From the NCBI GenBank assembly GCA_004431415.1, contig QPMI01000175.1, positions 62,001 to 126,000 of the forward strand: DNA of 64,000 bases, given 5' to 3'. The notes beneath the pieces are model-generated. The model did not search any database, was not told the origin of the DNA, and saw only the letters and a program-made list of their open reading frames with translations. A program made the translations under genes and the position numbers. Shown here piece after piece: positions 62,892 through 64,000 of this stretch. The stretch is from Cyanophora paradoxa CCMP329 (lineage: Eukaryota; Plantae; Glaucophyta). The stretch's first letter is position 1; the number at the start of each line of letters is the position of its first letter.

Positions 62892-63666
62892 TGCGAGGCG
62901 AACCGCAATGAGCGCCCGCAGCTCCGTGCACTAGGCTATCGCTGTTTTGGCCGGCTGGGGCGGCTCTCCGGCGGTCTGCCGCCGGCTGTTCCCGCGGTCG
63001 AAAAATTCACTGCACCCCCCCTCCCTTGACGCTGTCGTCAAAACCGAGTGCTGGGCCGCGTCGGGCGCGCGCAGCATCTTCAGCGACCTAGCATCGCATC
63101 CGTGGTAGGTTTGAGCGCTGCCGGCATGCATCTGAGTGCCCGAGCTGGCGCCCGCACGCTCGACGGGCGCGCGTCCAGGGCAGCGCGCGCGCAGCCCGCC
63201 CGGCCACACGAACCACTTGTATGTATGATACAAAGACCTCTTACGCTACTAGCTCGCCGGCGCCGCGCCCCGGGCTCCTGTTCACTATGCCAGGATCGGC
63301 TGCCAGGGACTGCCTGCCTGGCCGCTGCCATGCCCGGTGCATGTGCCTACGTATTTGTTCCACCAAGGAGCGCCCCGCTCGCCGCCCCCTGCCTTGCACC
63401 ATGACCATATACAACAATCCCTCCGGGAATTGAAGCAAATGCTCCTGGGGGGGGTGCACACCAAGGGCCCTGACAGCCGCGCCGGCGCCTCGCCTTAATT
63501 ATAATTATTTATATCAACGTGTTTGCAATATTAATTGCGCACGCAATTGCGCAGGTACCGGTGCACGTGCACTCGGATCTAGATCTAGATCGCGGTCGAT
63601 AGAGCTCGAGATCGCTCGCTCAGCTGCAGCAGAGCAGCTATAGCTAGAGTCGCGCTTCAGCTGGGT

Positions 63667-64000
63667 CTAGAAGCAGAAGTACTGGTCCGCTCTGAAACCA
63701 CGCCTCTGCACGCCAAAGACGTTCGGGGGCGGGGGCGGGGCGTCGACGTCGGTGGCCGCTCGGTTCATCGCAGCGCGGAGGGGCACCGTACCTGGAGGGC
63801 GGGTATGCAGGCGCCCTGGAGCATGGGCGGCGGGCCGCACATGAACACCAGCGCCTCCTCCGCCGGGCCCGGCAGGTGCTCCCTGCCCCCTCACGCAACC
63901 CGGCGTCAGAAGGGGAGGGGCGGAACGGGGGGAGGCCCAGGGGCCGAAGCTAGGGGCCGCCGGGCGGAGTATGAATGGGAAGGGCACCGGATCATGTCCT
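63667..64000 (-). CDS. 3' end of an FNR-family flavoprotein, most like NADH-cytochrome b5 reductase (nitrate reductase C-terminus not excluded); continues beyond the window
   Basis: Spliced C-terminus [30 protein letters not shown]|[12 protein letters not shown], with the CGPPPM NAD-binding motif and terminal aromatic residue. Confidence 0.75.
   Translation of the reverse strand, partial: GHDPVPFPFILRPAAPSFGPWASPRSAPPLLTPGCVRGQGAPAGPGGGGAGVHVRPAAHAPGRLHTRPPGTVPLRAAMNRAATDVDAPPPPPNVFGVQRRGFRADQYFCF

Larger units (their letters stand above)
61706..63475 (-). mobile_element. Internally deleted IS3EU-like DNA transposon carrying captured host gene fragments
   Basis: Perfect 6-bp TSD GCCGCG (61700-61705 and 63476-63481). 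Imperfect TIRs TATCAGGGACTAACGTGTGCAACCCC vs TGTCAGGGCCCTTGGTGTGCACCCC. Two convergent truncated ORFs. Confidence 0.8.

Overview
GC-rich eukaryotic (protist/algal-type) genomic DNA with many 50-80 nt GT-AG introns. Positions 5588-39143 are one 33.5-kb cluster of a single Helitron2/Helentron-type rolling-circle transposon family, all on the minus strand. It holds nine 0.7-1.65 kb non-autonomous copies built from ~148-bp subrepeats and one ~21.7-kb element with an intron-containing HUH-Rep/PIF1-helicase gene. The cluster looks built by repeated insertion exactly 16 nt inside the element's own 5' end, leaving stacks of 16-bp 'caps' whose number almost exactly matches the number of element bodies. 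The spliced RepHel appears fused in frame to an N-terminal G3BP-like NTF2 domain. Comparing repeat copies also reveals a recurrent 6-bp insertion signature, X -> X.rc(X).X with X = 3 nt, which may explain the palindrome-rich intergenic DNA. The right part holds host genes: an RWP-RK factor, a Kelch-BTB protein, an EF-hand protein, an F-box protein, a WW/IQ protein, an unknown gene and the 3' end of a cytochrome b5 reductase-like gene. It also holds an internally deleted IS3EU-like transposon (6-bp TSD) carrying copies of two gene fragments from 8-10 kb away. Two small MITE-like elements were found. Exon models were derived by eye and host-gene boundaries are approximate.
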